Below are positions 30,206 through 41,584 of a stretch of DNA of 64,000 nucleotides, one piece after another; positions within the stretch are counted from its first letter, which is position 1, and each line of letters opens with the position of its first letter. The DNA comes from a virus: the IMG/VR virus record IMGVR_UViG_3300032334_001950, positions 8,254 through 72,253 of that record, one strand, 5' to 3'. A program made the position numbers and the translations under genes. The notes below the pieces were generated by a model that was not told the origin of the DNA, did not search any database, and saw nothing but the letters and a program-made list of their open reading frames with translations.

Positions 30206-30649
30206 GTGATGACATTTCTAGAACCTATTGCCGCCGCTGTTGTTGCAGCTATTGTCACCGCTGGTGCCAACAAAGTCAGCACACTAAAAGCACTGGGGGC
30301 GGCACTAAAGTATGGGCCCCTTCTGAAGAAAGCTTTTGATATCGTAGATCCGTTGCTAATTCAGTTTATGCATGGGTGGAGCGGTTCCCAAATTGAAAAG
30401 GCAATTGAGCTAGCTGTAGAGGCGGTAGGGGACGGCAAGTTGGTCGGAGAGGAAATCAAAACGATTGCAACCAAAATTGCAGAACTTTGGATTCCCAGCA
30501 AAGCTGTTGCAAAGATGGAAAAGTTTACTGCAGCAGCAGAAACCCCTGTTGGTCTTGCAGCTTCTAAGTTTATTGCTGACAGCATCAACGGAATCAAAAC
30601 AAAAGATGAAGCGCTTGCCGCTATCAAAAAATTGACCAAAGGGAAGTAA
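30206..30649 (+). CDS. helical protein with hydrophobic N-terminus (holin-like candidate)
   Basis: EPIAAAVVAAIVTAG N-terminal segment followed by amphipathic helices. Confidence 0.5.
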   Translation: MMTFLEPIAAAVVAAIVTAGANKVSTLKALGAALKYGPLLKKAFDIVDPLLIQFMHGWSGSQIEKAIELAVEAVGDGKLVGEEIKTIATKIAELWIPSKAVAKMEKFTAAAETPVGLAASKFIADSINGIKTKDEALAAIKKLTKGK

Positions 30650-30716
30650 CATGCCAAAAGACGAAAAGTTCATTCAAAACGTTAAGCAAACTTCGCAAGC
30701 ATAAGGGCGAATAAAC

Positions 30717-33583
30717 ATGGCCAATGGTGATCAACCGTTTTTATTAAATTACACTTCGCCCACTGCAAAAGCAGTCAGAAGCGGGCGATCTCCAGATGCC
30801 AATACACTTGGAGTAAATGCACCAACCGTTAATCCAACTTCAATTTACGCGGATTTTTTAAAAGGCAGCACCAATGCAGCCAACAAGAATTTTTACGCTC
30901 AAGGTTTTGATCCAACAACTGTACAAGCAAAAATTGACCAAGCTGGGGCTACCCCGAATTTTGGCGGAGACCCTGATCAAGCTGACCCTAAAAATGCAAA
31001 CAATATCACAGCGCAAAATTTTCTAAATAACTATCAAAAAGGGGTTCAAGTGGGCTTAGTTCCTGATCCAGTAAATCCAAACAACTTGACACCTTTTATG
31101 TCAAGGCCTGCACCATATCAAACTGATGATAGACTTGTAGGACAGGCCGAACCCTTCCCAGGCTCATCAGGGACGAAAATAGGATGAACCCAGAAGAATT
31201 AAGAATGGCCGGCGATAAGCTTGGCGCATTTCTAACTCAATTTGGAATTGATACAGCTAAAACTGCAGGTCGCGTAGGTGCAGAAGCACTGGGTACCGCT
31301 ATTGGAAAAAATATTGGCAACCTCATGCCAACTCTTCAAGCGAGGCCAGCACCTAGTAGTTTAGATAAAGCTCAAGCATACAGAATGCAAACCATGATGC
31401 TTGCTCATCAACAGCAACTACAACAAATGGCAATAGAAGAACAAATGCAAAAACAAAAATACTTTCAACAAATTGGAACAATTCAAGCGCGGCATCAATA
31501 CGATCAACCCAGCATGCCAGCTCCGCAAGCTTATTCTGGGATGGGTATTGGCAACATGAGCAACCCATCAATGGATATGAATCAGGTTTACTTGAATGCT
31601 CTTAATGCCCCACGCGCCCAGAATAGGATCTTTTAGAATAAAATGACAAAAACTGTTTTTGGTAAAAAATAATGGCTGCTTGGGATAGCGTGGGTTTTGA
31701 TCCAGGAACCTTTACAGATCCGGGTTGGGGATCTATTGATCAAGGAATTTTTGGCGGCAGTGGCTCAGCACCTGATTGGACAGGTGGGCAGAATTACTGG
31801 GATAAGGGGCCAATTGATACGTCCCCGATGGGAGGGACCGCAGGATTGTATGGCGGCGGTGGTTACGACTGGGGCGGTGTTTTTGGCAGTCTTTTTAAAA
31901 AAGCTGCACAAAATGCATTATCTTTTGGTGATGCATCTGGCCAACAATCTAGGCGAGCAGGATCACAGGGAGGTGGGCAATGGGGTGGAACCAGCTCGAC
32001 GAGTCTTGGCGGCGGTAATACCCTTATTACCACCGGAGGAGGATCGCCCTTTGTGGTCGAAGGGATGCCCGCAAAGCAAACACGCATAGGTCTTGGTCCC
32101 CTTTCAGTTGCGTTCTGAGTTTTTGGATCATTGACCGTAATAGAAAACTCGTGTTTTTTCTAAGAGTTGCTTACACTAAAATACATAACATAAGGAGTTG
32201 ACGTATGTGGCCCGCACTGTTTGAATTGCCCACCCTTGGTGAAGCAGCCCTACCTATACTTACCGGAATTGGCGCATTTCTCGGTAATCTTGGTGAGACC
32301 AGGGATCCCCTTAAGGCCTTATCAACAGGCGCTTTGACTGCTGGAGGCTCCTTAGTTGGTGGGCGTGCATTGGGTAAATTGGGTCAAGCAGGTGCCACAA
32401 GAATGGCACAAGCAGCCGGGGATGTTCCTGGACTTGTGACGCAAGGTACAGGGAATGCAATGCGCATTACAGATGCTTTCCGTAATGCTCTACCTACCGC
32501 TGCGACGGGCCTAGGGCAATGGGGTGGCGGCAAAGTAGCAGAAAGCGTTGGCGGTGCGGTAACAGGTGCTTTGCCTTCAGTCGGTCAACTTTGGGGTGCA
32601 GGTGGGGCAGCGGTAAATGCACTTAAGCCTGGACAAACGCCTTACACAGGTCTTTACCCTCAATATGCAAATCAACTGCCCGGCATGGTAAACCAGTATA
32701 CCGATGCAGGTATTCCCAGTATGTACGACCCATTCAAAACACCGCAAGGAATGCTTGCTTATCAAGGATTGATGAATGCTCAACAACTGGAGAACGCGAG
32801 GCAATTTGGAGCGATGGGTTCCGCTCAAGCTCTTCAAAATAAATATGCAGACATGCCGCTTGAGCTTGCTGGTGCCAAAGCAAGGGCTAATCTGCTACTG
32901 CAAACCACAATGATGCCCAATGCACAGCAAAATGCAGCTAATATGGCAAATACGGCCTTGAGTAATGTGCTGCAATCAGCTGTACAACGTGGTGGATATG
33001 TGTAATCATGGCTCTTGTTGACTGGTCAAATCTGTACACGCCAGCATCATTGCCGTCCGGTACATCATTTGCAAAAACTTTTGCAAAAAAACTAAATGTA
33101 CCAATCTTGGCGACATATCAACCTGGGGCCACGTCACTTGATCCTGCTGCCAATACTATCGCCTCAGGTTTTCCCACGCAATGGACGATTCCTCCGACGG
33201 GTGTAGATACTGGAACTGGTGCCAGAAATGCGGCTGCACCCGATTCTGCCTACCTGCAAGGATTGCTGCAGCAGTTTGCTCCGCTATCCCCCAGTGAATT
33301 ATTAGATTACCAAGGGCAAGCATATAGGCAAGCACATGAATTGGCTTTGGGTTACGGCCCCCAATACAGCGCACAAGCTTATCAAAATAAGCTGAATGAC
33401 GCTGCACTTGCCCTGAGCTACCAGCAATCCTCACCGATGGATCGGCAGGCAATTGCACAGTCAATTCAAAATCAAAAATACATGGGCGACTTGGGGGAAG
33501 CTGCGATGGGAAAAACTATAGCGGAGATGCAACTGGCTTCTAGGCCCCCTGCCTATCGTGGTACAACCTTCCAAATTGGTTGA
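30717..33583 (+). CDS. five low-complexity G/A/Q/M-rich proteins (30717-31187, 31184-31636, 31672-32118, 32205-33005, 33008-33583); candidate internal/ejection proteins
   Basis: Co-oriented, Cys-free, glycine-zipper-like hydrophobic stretches; located upstream of the terminase. Confidence 0.6.
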
Positions 33584-33629
33584 TCCCGATTTAATTTTGC
33601 TATACTACACATACTGAGGTTCTATTCAA

Positions 33630-35363
33630 ATGGGCGGTTCTCCTCCGGCTCCAACAATTATCCAGGCGCCACCGCCGCCGCCCGTTTCAACACAAAATAC
33701 ATCTACTCAGTCGTTACAAACACAGACGGCTCTAGATGAAATAAGCGGACTGCAACAACGATTAAATATGACGCTTGGTTCACAATTGGACCAAGCCAAT
33801 AATGCGTTTTTTACTGATCAAAATATCAGGCAAACGCAAGCAACTGGTGCCGAAGCACGCACAACTTTACAAACTCAAGGCGAACAGCAGCGCCTTGGTA
33901 TGCAAACGCAATACCAGGGAGAAGCTAATTTAGCTAATCTCCAAGGTCAGTATGCGCTTGCAGGTACCCAAACCCAGGTTGGTGGCCAAAGAGATGTAGC
34001 CAGTATTCAAGGTGCTTATGGCCTATCTCAAGCACAAACACAGGCCGAAGCACAAAAATCTGTTGCAGGTACGCAAGCTGGCGCACAAACAAAGACCGCT
34101 GAAATTGGGGCAGGTGCTCAACTAGGCACCGCGCAGATCTCGGGCCAATACGGCCTACAACAAGCACAAACTGCAGCAGAAGCTCAAAGGGCCGTTGCAG
34201 GAACACAAGCTGGCGCACAACTAGGTGTTGCAGGCATTACAGGGCAATATGGCCTTCAGCAAGCCCAGACCGGAGCAGAAGCACAAAAAGCGGTTGCTCA
34301 AACTGCGGCCGGTGCTCAACTAGGTACCGCGCAGATTTCGGGCCAGTATGGATTACAGCAAGCACAAACTGCAGCTGGAGCGCAACTAGGCGTCGCAGGA
34401 ATTCAAGGGCAATACGGCCTCCAACAAGCGCAGACTGGTGCCGAAGCGCAAAAGTCCGTTGCGCAAACCCAAGCCGGAGCCCAGGTAGAAAGCACCCGCA
34501 TGGCGGGACAATACGGTCTACAACAAGCCCAAACAGGAGCAGAAGCGCAGAAATCCGTTGCGCAAACGCAAGCCGGCGCTCAACTAGGTACCGCGCAAAT
34601 CTCAGGTCAGTACGGGCTACAACAAGCGCAGACTGGTGCGGAAGCACAGAAATCCGTTGCACAAACGCAAGCAGGTGCTCAACTAGGCACCGCGCAGATT
34701 TCTGGTCAGTACGGTCTACAGCAAGCCCAGACCGGAGCGGAGGCACAGAAATCTGTTGCGCAAACCCAAGCCGGAGCCCAGGTAGAAAGCACCCGTATGG
34801 CAGGACAATACGGCCTGGCAGAAGCCCAAACTGGCGCAGAAGCACAAAAGTCTGTCGCTCAAACCGGTGCGGAAGCACAGAAATCCGTTGCACAAACGCA
34901 AGCAGGTGCTCAAGTTGGAACCGCACAGGTCACGGGCCAATATGGTTTAGCACAAGCGCAAACCGGAGCAGAAGCCCAAAAAGCTGTTGCACAGACAGAG
35001 GCGAGCGCCCAGAAAGATGTGGCTAGCATCCAAGGTGGTTACGGTCTTCAACAAACACAAGCGCAAACGGAAGCGCAAAAAGCGGTCGCAACAACACAAG
35101 CAGGGGCTCAACTTGGTACCGCACAAATCTCGGGCCAGTATGGATTACAAAGCACACAGGCTCAAGCCGAAGCACAGAAAGCCGTTGCTGAAACAACAGG
35201 TAAGTATGGCGTAGAACAGACGCGGATGGCAGGCCAATACGGTGTTGCCCAGACCGCTGAAACTGGGGTCCAACAGCGCCTCACACAACAACAGCAACAA
35301 GCGTATGATAATTACAAAGCGCAACGTGATTACCAATGGTCGCAACGAGCCTACAAAGCGTAA
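33630..35363 (+). CDS. Gln/Ala-rich protein with 11/33-residue repeats (pilot- or tape-measure-like)
   Basis: Repeats of QAQTGAEAQKS-VAQTQAGAQLG-TAQISGQYGLQ. Confidence 0.75.
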   Translation: MGGSPPAPTIIQAPPPPPVSTQNTSTQSLQTQTALDEISGLQQRLNMTLGSQLDQANNAFFTDQNIRQTQATGAEARTTLQTQGEQQRLGMQTQYQGEANLANLQGQYALAGTQTQVGGQRDVASIQGAYGLSQAQTQAEAQKSVAGTQAGAQTKTAEIGAGAQLGTAQISGQYGLQQAQTAAEAQRAVAGTQAGAQLGVAGITGQYGLQQAQTGAEAQKAVAQTAAGAQLGTAQISGQYGLQQAQTAAGAQLGVAGIQGQYGLQQAQTGAEAQKSVAQTQAGAQVESTRMAGQYGLQQAQTGAEAQKSVAQTQAGAQLGTAQISGQYGLQQAQTGAEAQKSVAQTQAGAQLGTAQISGQYGLQQAQTGAEAQKSVAQTQAGAQVESTRMAGQYGLAEAQTGAEAQKSVAQTGAEAQKSVAQTQAGAQVGTAQVTGQYGLAQAQTGAEAQKAVAQTEASAQKDVASIQGGYGLQQTQAQTEAQKAVATTQAGAQLGTAQISGQYGLQSTQAQAEAQKAVAETTGKYGVEQTRMAGQYGVAQTAETGVQQRLTQQQQQAYDNYKAQRDYQWSQRAYKA

Positions 35364-35845
35364 CCAACTGGCTGGATAAACTAAGCGAGAAAGACAAAGA
35401 ATCTTTTTTTGCGTTCTGTAAACAAGTAAGTTCTCCGATACAAATGTACCTGTACTCCCGTTTCCTTGGGTTTACGGGTACCATTGTGGAGTGCCATGAT
35501 TGGGCCAAAGAAAATTACAAGAAGCGTAACTTTGCCGCCATTATGGAAGAAGAAATTGATGCCATGCAACAGGATATTGCAAAGTTGCGTGATGCCATTG
35601 ATATGGGCATGGTCAAGCAAGATATGGGAACCTCCCGTATTGCCATGCTTCAAAAAGAATTACGCGGCACCATTAAGCAATTAAACGATGAAAAGCACCT
35701 AACCGATAAGCAGGGATTGATCCTCGCTGGCGCAGACCGAGCATTGAGGGAAATGCTTTTAATCTTTCGTGATGATCCTATTGAAGGGCCCCTTCAAGAA
35801 GCATCCATGGCGGTGTGGACCAAAATCCTTCAAGAGGAATCCTAA
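35336..35845 (+). CDS. probable terminase small subunit
   Basis: Helical 169-aa protein directly upstream of TerL (synteny only). Confidence 0.5.
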   Translation: MVATSLQSVTNWLDKLSEKDKESFFAFCKQVSSPIQMYLYSRFLGFTGTIVECHDWAKENYKKRNFAAIMEEEIDAMQQDIAKLRDAIDMGMVKQDMGTSRIAMLQKELRGTIKQLNDEKHLTDKQGLILAGADRALREMLLIFRDDPIEGPLQEASMAVWTKILQEES

Positions 35846-35899
35846 AGGCAACTTAAAGGGTTTTGCTGTATGCTGAAGGCAACATACGATTAATCCTGA

Positions 35900-37423
35900 G
35901 TGGCGGGCACAAGTCTCTACAGCGTTTACCGCAGGACTGCGCGTGCTGCAGCAAAACAACAAATTGTAAAGAAAACATCAGATGTAGATGTTGAAAGAGC
36001 AAGGACAGATTTTGCTTATTTTTGTGATGTTGTCGGGGACAAACCACCAGCGGCGCACCACAAGGAGTGGCATAAATACTTGTGTACAGGACAGGATACC
36101 GAATGCTTGATTGGTATAGGTGGCCCAAACGTAGACATACTTAGCCCCCGTGGGTCAGCAAAAAGTACCGTTACCGGCTTGTTCTGCGCTTGGACAATTG
36201 GTGTGCATGCACTACATCAAAAGCCGTTAAAAATCCTGTATATTTCGTACACAGTTGATGTTGCTCGCCCCAAAAGCGCTGCCATCAAGCGGATCATTGA
36301 AGAAAGCAAAACTTATAGAGAAATTTTTCCTATGGTAAAGATTGCCAAAGGAATCAACAGCAACGAATACTGGAGCATTGATTGGAAGTTTGCTGGCGTT
36401 AAATCCACAGGCGAAGAAGAATTTACACTATGCTGCGCAGGCCTAAAAGGTGCTGTTACCTCTAAACGTAGCCATTTATGCGTGATTGACGACATTTGTA
36501 AGTCCGCCGACGAAATAAAAAACCGCGAAATCCGATTGGCAATGGAGGATAACTGGAACTCTGTTATTACTCCCACTATGTTTGAAGGAGGCCGGGCAAT
36601 TTGTCTTGGCACTAGATTTCGCCATGATGATATGCACGGCACCACCTTCATCCCAGAAAAAGATTGGATTCAACTGGTGCAGTCAGCGATCATTGTGGAT
36701 GAGTCAGGAGAGGAATCATCCTACTGGCCAGAAATGTGGTCGCTGGAATACCTGCAAGACCGTCGTCGCCAGGCCCCAATCAGCTTTAGTTTTCAATACC
36801 AAAATCAAATTGTACAAACTAGCGAACTGTCCTTATCTCCTGATTTAATTGTCAAGGGGAAAATACCAACAGAATTTGATCGACTTGGTATCGGCGTAGA
36901 CCTATCTGCAGGTGTCCGGGAACGCAATGACTACAGCGTATTTGTCCTCGGTGGTCGTGTTGGCGACAAAGTGTATGTCATTGATTGCAAACGCATCCGG
37001 CTGATGGGCAACTTGGAGAAGCTGGAGGCAATGATGGAAATGATGTTTGAATGGGGCATCGTTTACAAAGAAGGCACCAAGTATATTCCAACAGGAACCA
37101 GCGTTGACGTGTGGTCCGAGGCCGTAGCTTATCAGGCATCCCTAGAAGCCGATTTCAAGCGTATTTGCCTTGTTGAACACGGCCTTTACAATGTTTTATG
37201 GCACCCGGTCAAAGGTTTTCGTGGAGACAAAGTAGCAAGATTCCGTGGCATCATGGGCCTATTTGAACAGCATAAGATCAAATTCAATAAATACCGTAAA
37301 TTCCAAGCGCTAACGGACGAAATCATCAACTTTGGGGTCAGCTCCCATGACGATACGGTGGATGCGTTAGTTTGGCTATGTAATGGCTTGATGGCCAGGG
37401 GTAAACTAGAACTGGAATATTAG
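35900..37423 (+). CDS. terL: terminase large subunit
   Basis: Walker A SPRGSAKS, Walker B CVIDD, GTRF motif, nuclease GVDLS...HDDTVDA. Confidence 0.93.
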   Translation: MAGTSLYSVYRRTARAAAKQQIVKKTSDVDVERARTDFAYFCDVVGDKPPAAHHKEWHKYLCTGQDTECLIGIGGPNVDILSPRGSAKSTVTGLFCAWTIGVHALHQKPLKILYISYTVDVARPKSAAIKRIIEESKTYREIFPMVKIAKGINSNEYWSIDWKFAGVKSTGEEEFTLCCAGLKGAVTSKRSHLCVIDDICKSADEIKNREIRLAMEDNWNSVITPTMFEGGRAICLGTRFRHDDMHGTTFIPEKDWIQLVQSAIIVDESGEESSYWPEMWSLEYLQDRRRQAPISFSFQYQNQIVQTSELSLSPDLIVKGKIPTEFDRLGIGVDLSAGVRERNDYSVFVLGGRVGDKVYVIDCKRIRLMGNLEKLEAMMEMMFEWGIVYKEGTKYIPTGTSVDVWSEAVAYQASLEADFKRICLVEHGLYNVLWHPVKGFRGDKVARFRGIMGLFEQHKIKFNKYRKFQALTDEIINFGVSSHDDTVDALVWLCNGLMARGKLELEY

Positions 37424-37487
37424 AACTGCCGCACGCCCAAAGTAGGCTGCAATAAAGTATTCTGGAACTAAACTGAGTAATCACTCA

Positions 37488-37667
37488 ATGAATTACAGCT
37501 ACTTTCCCATTGAACTGGAACAAGACGGCTACGGATCCGCTGTCTTCTCCCTTCCCGATGAACTGTGCCACGACATGGGCCTTATTCCTGGCGAGCGCTT
37601 TGACATTGAGGTAGAGGACAACGTAATCATGTTCAAACGGCTTGCTGCTGGATACGAAATTGAGTAG
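37488..37667 (+). CDS. AbrB-like small protein (59 aa, below track cutoff)
   Basis: GSAVFSLPDELCHDMGLIPGERFDIEVEDNVIMFKR. Confidence 0.7.
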   Translation: MNYSYFPIELEQDGYGSAVFSLPDELCHDMGLIPGERFDIEVEDNVIMFKRLAAGYEIE

Positions 37668-37694
37668 GATGAATACACTGCGATTTAACGTGTA

Positions 37695-39983
37695 ATGAGC
37701 GAATCAAACACAGTCCTAGATGGAATGCTACGTGCAGCCGTAAACCGTGAGTCAAACGGTGCGGCAGACACGATGCTGATAAATTCGCATCTAGGTCAGA
37801 TGAAGATGTTCGGCATCCGACAAGGTGTTGAATTTTACCCCCAGCAAGATAACTTTGGTTCGCAACGGTTTGATTTTATCCAGCAAGTCATTAAATTTAA
37901 TAAGTTAGATGCGCGGTTGGATTCCATTTGGGATCGCTTTTTGGCTTACGGCAAAGGACTTTTTTATATTCGCCCAACCAAGAAGACCTATCGTTTGTAT
38001 TGGTTTGATAAAGACGCCTACCGCACCTATTACACCCCGGAAGGGGAACTTGAAGAAGTTATTATCATTTACCCGTATAAAGTCAAATCTTCGCGTGGTT
38101 TTGGTGGCGTCGGCCTTTCCACGGACAAGCGTTACATGCGTCTACGGATTACGGCAACAGAAATTGAGGAATCTCATAGCGAACAAGAATTAAAGTTTGA
38201 TACGCCTGAGAGCTTTGCGGCGTTAAACAAAACAACCGTAATCAATACACTTGAATTTATCCCATGCGTAGAGGTATTCAATAATCCCGACGCATTTGGT
38301 ACCGAGGGTAGCGGCGAATTTGAATGGCTTGCCAATCAAGTCGTTGCTCATGATGAAATGGTTAAAAATATCCGCGCAAACCTTTCTTTCTTCGGTAATC
38401 CTACACTTCTGTCTTCACGCCCCAAGCAAGACATTATTGAAAAAGCTGAAGGAGACACAGCGCAACGCCCCAGCATTTCTAGCCAATCAGGTTTCCAATC
38501 TGAATTCAGTCTTTCAAGTTCTACTTACAAACAAGATCCGACATCACGAAATGCCCCAGGATATATTGGGCGGCCAGGTTCCGGCATGCGTGTCCCCAGG
38601 GTTATTGCCAACCTGGAGCCAACAGATCGTGTGGGTTTCATCACGCCAAATGCGGTTAGTTCGGAACAATCGCGTTATGTTGACCAACTGCGCTCTGAAA
38701 TCCGCCTAGCGTTAGGTGGAATTGATGATCTAAGCATCCAGAACGTTACTGCAACCGAAATCAAATCGGCCTATGGTCGCGTCAGTGCAACAGCAAAGAA
38801 AAAATGTTTACAACTATACACTTATGGAATTTGTCGTTGTTTTGAGCTGATAATCTTTCAAGAAGAACAAATTTTTCGGAAGACCTTGGCGCAATCATTG
38901 GGGTTGGTTTATCCGATTCCACCGGAAGATCCCAACGATCCTAAGCTGGCACTTAAATTCAAACGAGCTAAGACAAAATACGAAACAACTCTACGGGCGG
39001 GCATTGATAATGTAATTAATACTAAACAAATTCCGGACGGCGTTTTAGGTTTGATTCCCGATGGCGATCGAACCATTTGTTGGCGCTGGATGGGGCCGGT
39101 TTATGAAGACACTCCGCAAGATAAATTAAATCAGTCAATTTTCACGAGAAACCTACAAGAATTAGGTGTTGATAGCATTGAAGCACTGAAGTACCTTTTC
39201 CCGTCCAAAACTGATGACGAGATTGCAGGAATGCTTTCTGGTTTTCCGTTTAGAATGGTCGGGGAAGTACAAAGGGCTTATTCATCGTTTATTGACCTGG
39301 TCAATTTACAGATGAGGACGCCGCATCCGCAGCAACCCAACCTTCCCATGGCTGCGGACCCAAGACTAAATCTCACCCCCTTCCTTTACCGAACTTTAGA
39401 GAGTTTACAAAAAGAGGTAACCTATGCAGGCCGATACCGCAGCGCCGATCCAATCGGCACCCCAGTCTTACCAGACCCAGCCGACCAGTTACGCGGCGCC
39501 GGTAGCCCAGCAAACGGCAGCTCAGGCTCCGATGGTGGCAACAACGCCTCAGTGGGTGGCACCTTACCAGCCGGTGTCGGCCCCAGCCCCGCAAATGCCG
39601 GCCCAGATGGGAGTAACGCCCCAATACCAGCCTACTCAATCGTACCCCCAGGCGTACCAGCAAGCTCCGGTGGCCCAGCCGGTGTCGGCCCCGGTAGCAG
39701 AGAATCCCTACAAGGAAGCGTTCAACCGGGTGGTCGGACTCCTGAGTTCGCCGGTCCAATTCCCCTTCCAGGGTCAACAGTCCGCGCCGAGTCAACCAAC
39801 CGTCCCGGCCAATTACAGTTCACAGCCGGCAACCCAGTACAGCAACAATCCGTACCAGGCTCCGCTGACCTCTATGCCTGGAGCCAGCAGCAACCAGGTA
39901 TCCTTCAGCAACTCTTCCCCAACCTCGTTGGAAATCAGCCGGGAACAGTTGTTGGCAAACGGGGTAAGCCCCAAAAGCCTTGA
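37695..39983 (+). CDS. probable portal protein with disordered C-terminal extension
   Basis: Lies between TerL and capsid; size and IPCVEVFNN...GSGEF / TATEI motifs fit a portal; last ~185 aa are low complexity and overlap the next gene. Confidence 0.75.
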   Translation: MSESNTVLDGMLRAAVNRESNGAADTMLINSHLGQMKMFGIRQGVEFYPQQDNFGSQRFDFIQQVIKFNKLDARLDSIWDRFLAYGKGLFYIRPTKKTYRLYWFDKDAYRTYYTPEGELEEVIIIYPYKVKSSRGFGGVGLSTDKRYMRLRITATEIEESHSEQELKFDTPESFAALNKTTVINTLEFIPCVEVFNNPDAFGTEGSGEFEWLANQVVAHDEMVKNIRANLSFFGNPTLLSSRPKQDIIEKAEGDTAQRPSISSQSGFQSEFSLSSSTYKQDPTSRNAPGYIGRPGSGMRVPRVIANLEPTDRVGFITPNAVSSEQSRYVDQLRSEIRLALGGIDDLSIQNVTATEIKSAYGRVSATAKKKCLQLYTYGICRCFELIIFQEEQIFRKTLAQSLGLVYPIPPEDPNDPKLALKFKRAKTKYETTLRAGIDNVINTKQIPDGVLGLIPDGDRTICWRWMGPVYEDTPQDKLNQSIFTRNLQELGVDSIEALKYLFPSKTDDEIAGMLSGFPFRMVGEVQRAYSSFIDLVNLQMRTPHPQQPNLPMAADPRLNLTPFLYRTLESLQKEVTYAGRYRSADPIGTPVLPDPADQLRGAGSPANGSSGSDGGNNASVGGTLPAGVGPSPANAGPDGSNAPIPAYSIVPPGVPASSGGPAGVGPGSRESLQGSVQPGGRTPEFAGPIPLPGSTVRAESTNRPGQLQFTAGNPVQQQSVPGSADLYAWSQQQPGILQQLFPNLVGNQPGTVVGKRGKPQKP

Positions 39984-40467
39984 GGTAATTGACCATTTTG
40001 GTCCCGATGCTGCTCGCGTACTGAATGAGTATTCTTGCAGCCTTGAAGATCACCTGGTCATCACCAATAACCAGCTGGTGCAGGCTGTAGGTTTGCTGCA
40101 AGAATTGTCCAATGAGCATAAGGCATACGAGATCATCCTGACCGATCCTGATGTCCTTGCTGATTACACTACTCAATTCTTCGGCGAAAACGGCCCCTAC
40201 CCGATCCCCGATGAGGAGACCGGTTATCGGCCTGCCCCTGTTGTAAATACTGGCTATCGTCCTATTCCCACCGCAGCTGCCCCCCAGCAGTTTGAGCGTC
40301 CTCAGATGCCCGTTCCCCCTCAGCCCCAGGCTCAGGGCAATCCTGCGGCCTTCTGGGATAGTTTTGGCACCCTTGCTGATCGGGACCCCGCCAATGCTTG
40401 GCGATATTTGAATGCAGCGCAATCCAACCCCGATGTGTTCCGCCAAAAACTGCTCGTGATGGAGTGA
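39424..40467 (+). CDS. probable capsid scaffolding protein
   Basis: GAGGT SD at 39414-18; P/Q/A-rich N-half, helical core; followed by a terminator; lies between portal and capsid genes. Confidence 0.6.
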   Translation: MQADTAAPIQSAPQSYQTQPTSYAAPVAQQTAAQAPMVATTPQWVAPYQPVSAPAPQMPAQMGVTPQYQPTQSYPQAYQQAPVAQPVSAPVAENPYKEAFNRVVGLLSSPVQFPFQGQQSAPSQPTVPANYSSQPATQYSNNPYQAPLTSMPGASSNQVSFSNSSPTSLEISREQLLANGVSPKSLEVIDHFGPDAARVLNEYSCSLEDHLVITNNQLVQAVGLLQELSNEHKAYEIILTDPDVLADYTTQFFGENGPYPIPDEETGYRPAPVVNTGYRPIPTAAAPQQFERPQMPVPPQPQAQGNPAAFWDSFGTLADRDPANAWRYLNAAQSNPDVFRQKLLVME

Positions 40468-40514
40468 TACTCGGATAACCGATAAACTGGATTTATTGGT
40501 AAAACGGATAAAAT

Positions 40515-40557
40515 AAGTGCAGCAATTCCCTTCTTGGTGGAATAGCTGCACTTTTTT
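40515..40557 (+). terminator. intrinsic terminator
   Basis: AAGTGCAGC.ATTCC/GGAAT.GCTGCACTT hairpin plus T run. Confidence 0.7.
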
Positions 40558-40628
40558 CATGCGACAGGTTTAATGAGTTTAAAATAAAAGGTAGCAATAC
40601 AATCCTAATTGAATCGGGGTTAATACAG

Positions 40629-41551
40629 ATGCGCCCACAACGTGGTGGCCAACAGCCGCAGGGTTATCAAAACGTTACTCAGGCCCCTGCTGGTTACATG
40701 CAGTCAATGGGGCAACAGCCTGGTGGGGGCGCAGCTCATATGGCTGCACAATATGGCGCCCCAGGGGGCGGCATTCTGGGCCAGGTTTCACAATTCCTAG
40801 CTCAACCCATCGCTGCAGCACAGCTTGGCGCTTACGGTCAAACAAATTCTCCCTCAGCAGGGAATGCTGTTAGTTACGCAAATACTGCGCACGATCCTGC
40901 ACTGCAGCGGATGTCTGGCCCTAGCAATCAAGGCATCTCTTTGACAAACGCGGGGGCGGCACCTCCGGGCGGCCCAGCTGGAGCCGTACCTATTATGGGG
41001 CAAGGCGGCGTCATGCCCGATAACCTACAAGCGGGTTACTTGCACCTCAACATGCCAGGTTCCCCGCTGGGCTCTATGGGCCTACTCTCAAATAATGCAA
41101 CCCGTCGAGCCGAGATTGTTCAGGATGCTATCTTAAGCAACCAACAACAATATATGATGGGGGCAATGGCGCCTCATGGTCCCCTACCTATAACTCAAAT
41201 GCAACAGCAAATGATGATGCAACAACAAATGGCCGCACGAGGGCAGCGTCGATGAATACCGACAAAGCAAAAGCTGCCAGGGATAAAGCAAAAATTGCAT
41301 CTGGCAAAAAAGCCCCGCAGAAGAAGGCAACCACCCCAACTGCAGCGGCAGCAGAAAAGCATCCGGAAGTGGCTGCAGCACTTGCACGCAATGCACTTTT
41401 ATCTGGTGGTATTGCGCCAGAAAGTGCTGGCATTGGCCTTGGTCATTCTGCCGACCTTCAACCCGCAGATGGTGTAGTCAACCCATTCCATAGGATGGGG
41501 CCGATCAATCCGAACACCTATAATCCCGGCAACGTGATCGGCGGTTTCTGA
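40629..41551 (+). CDS. two coupled low-complexity proteins (40629-41255, 41252-41551)
   Basis: ATGA overlap; one is G/Q/M-rich, the other K/A-rich. Confidence 0.6.
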
Positions 41552-41584
41552 TTTTCTTATTAACAGGCGTAAGTAAGCCCCTGC

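Noticed and set aside
33934-34940. Long antisense ORFs opposite the repeat protein (similarly 39820-40560, 43312-43866, 61371-61820)
   Set aside because: Shadow ORFs explained by codon bias and repeats on the coding strand
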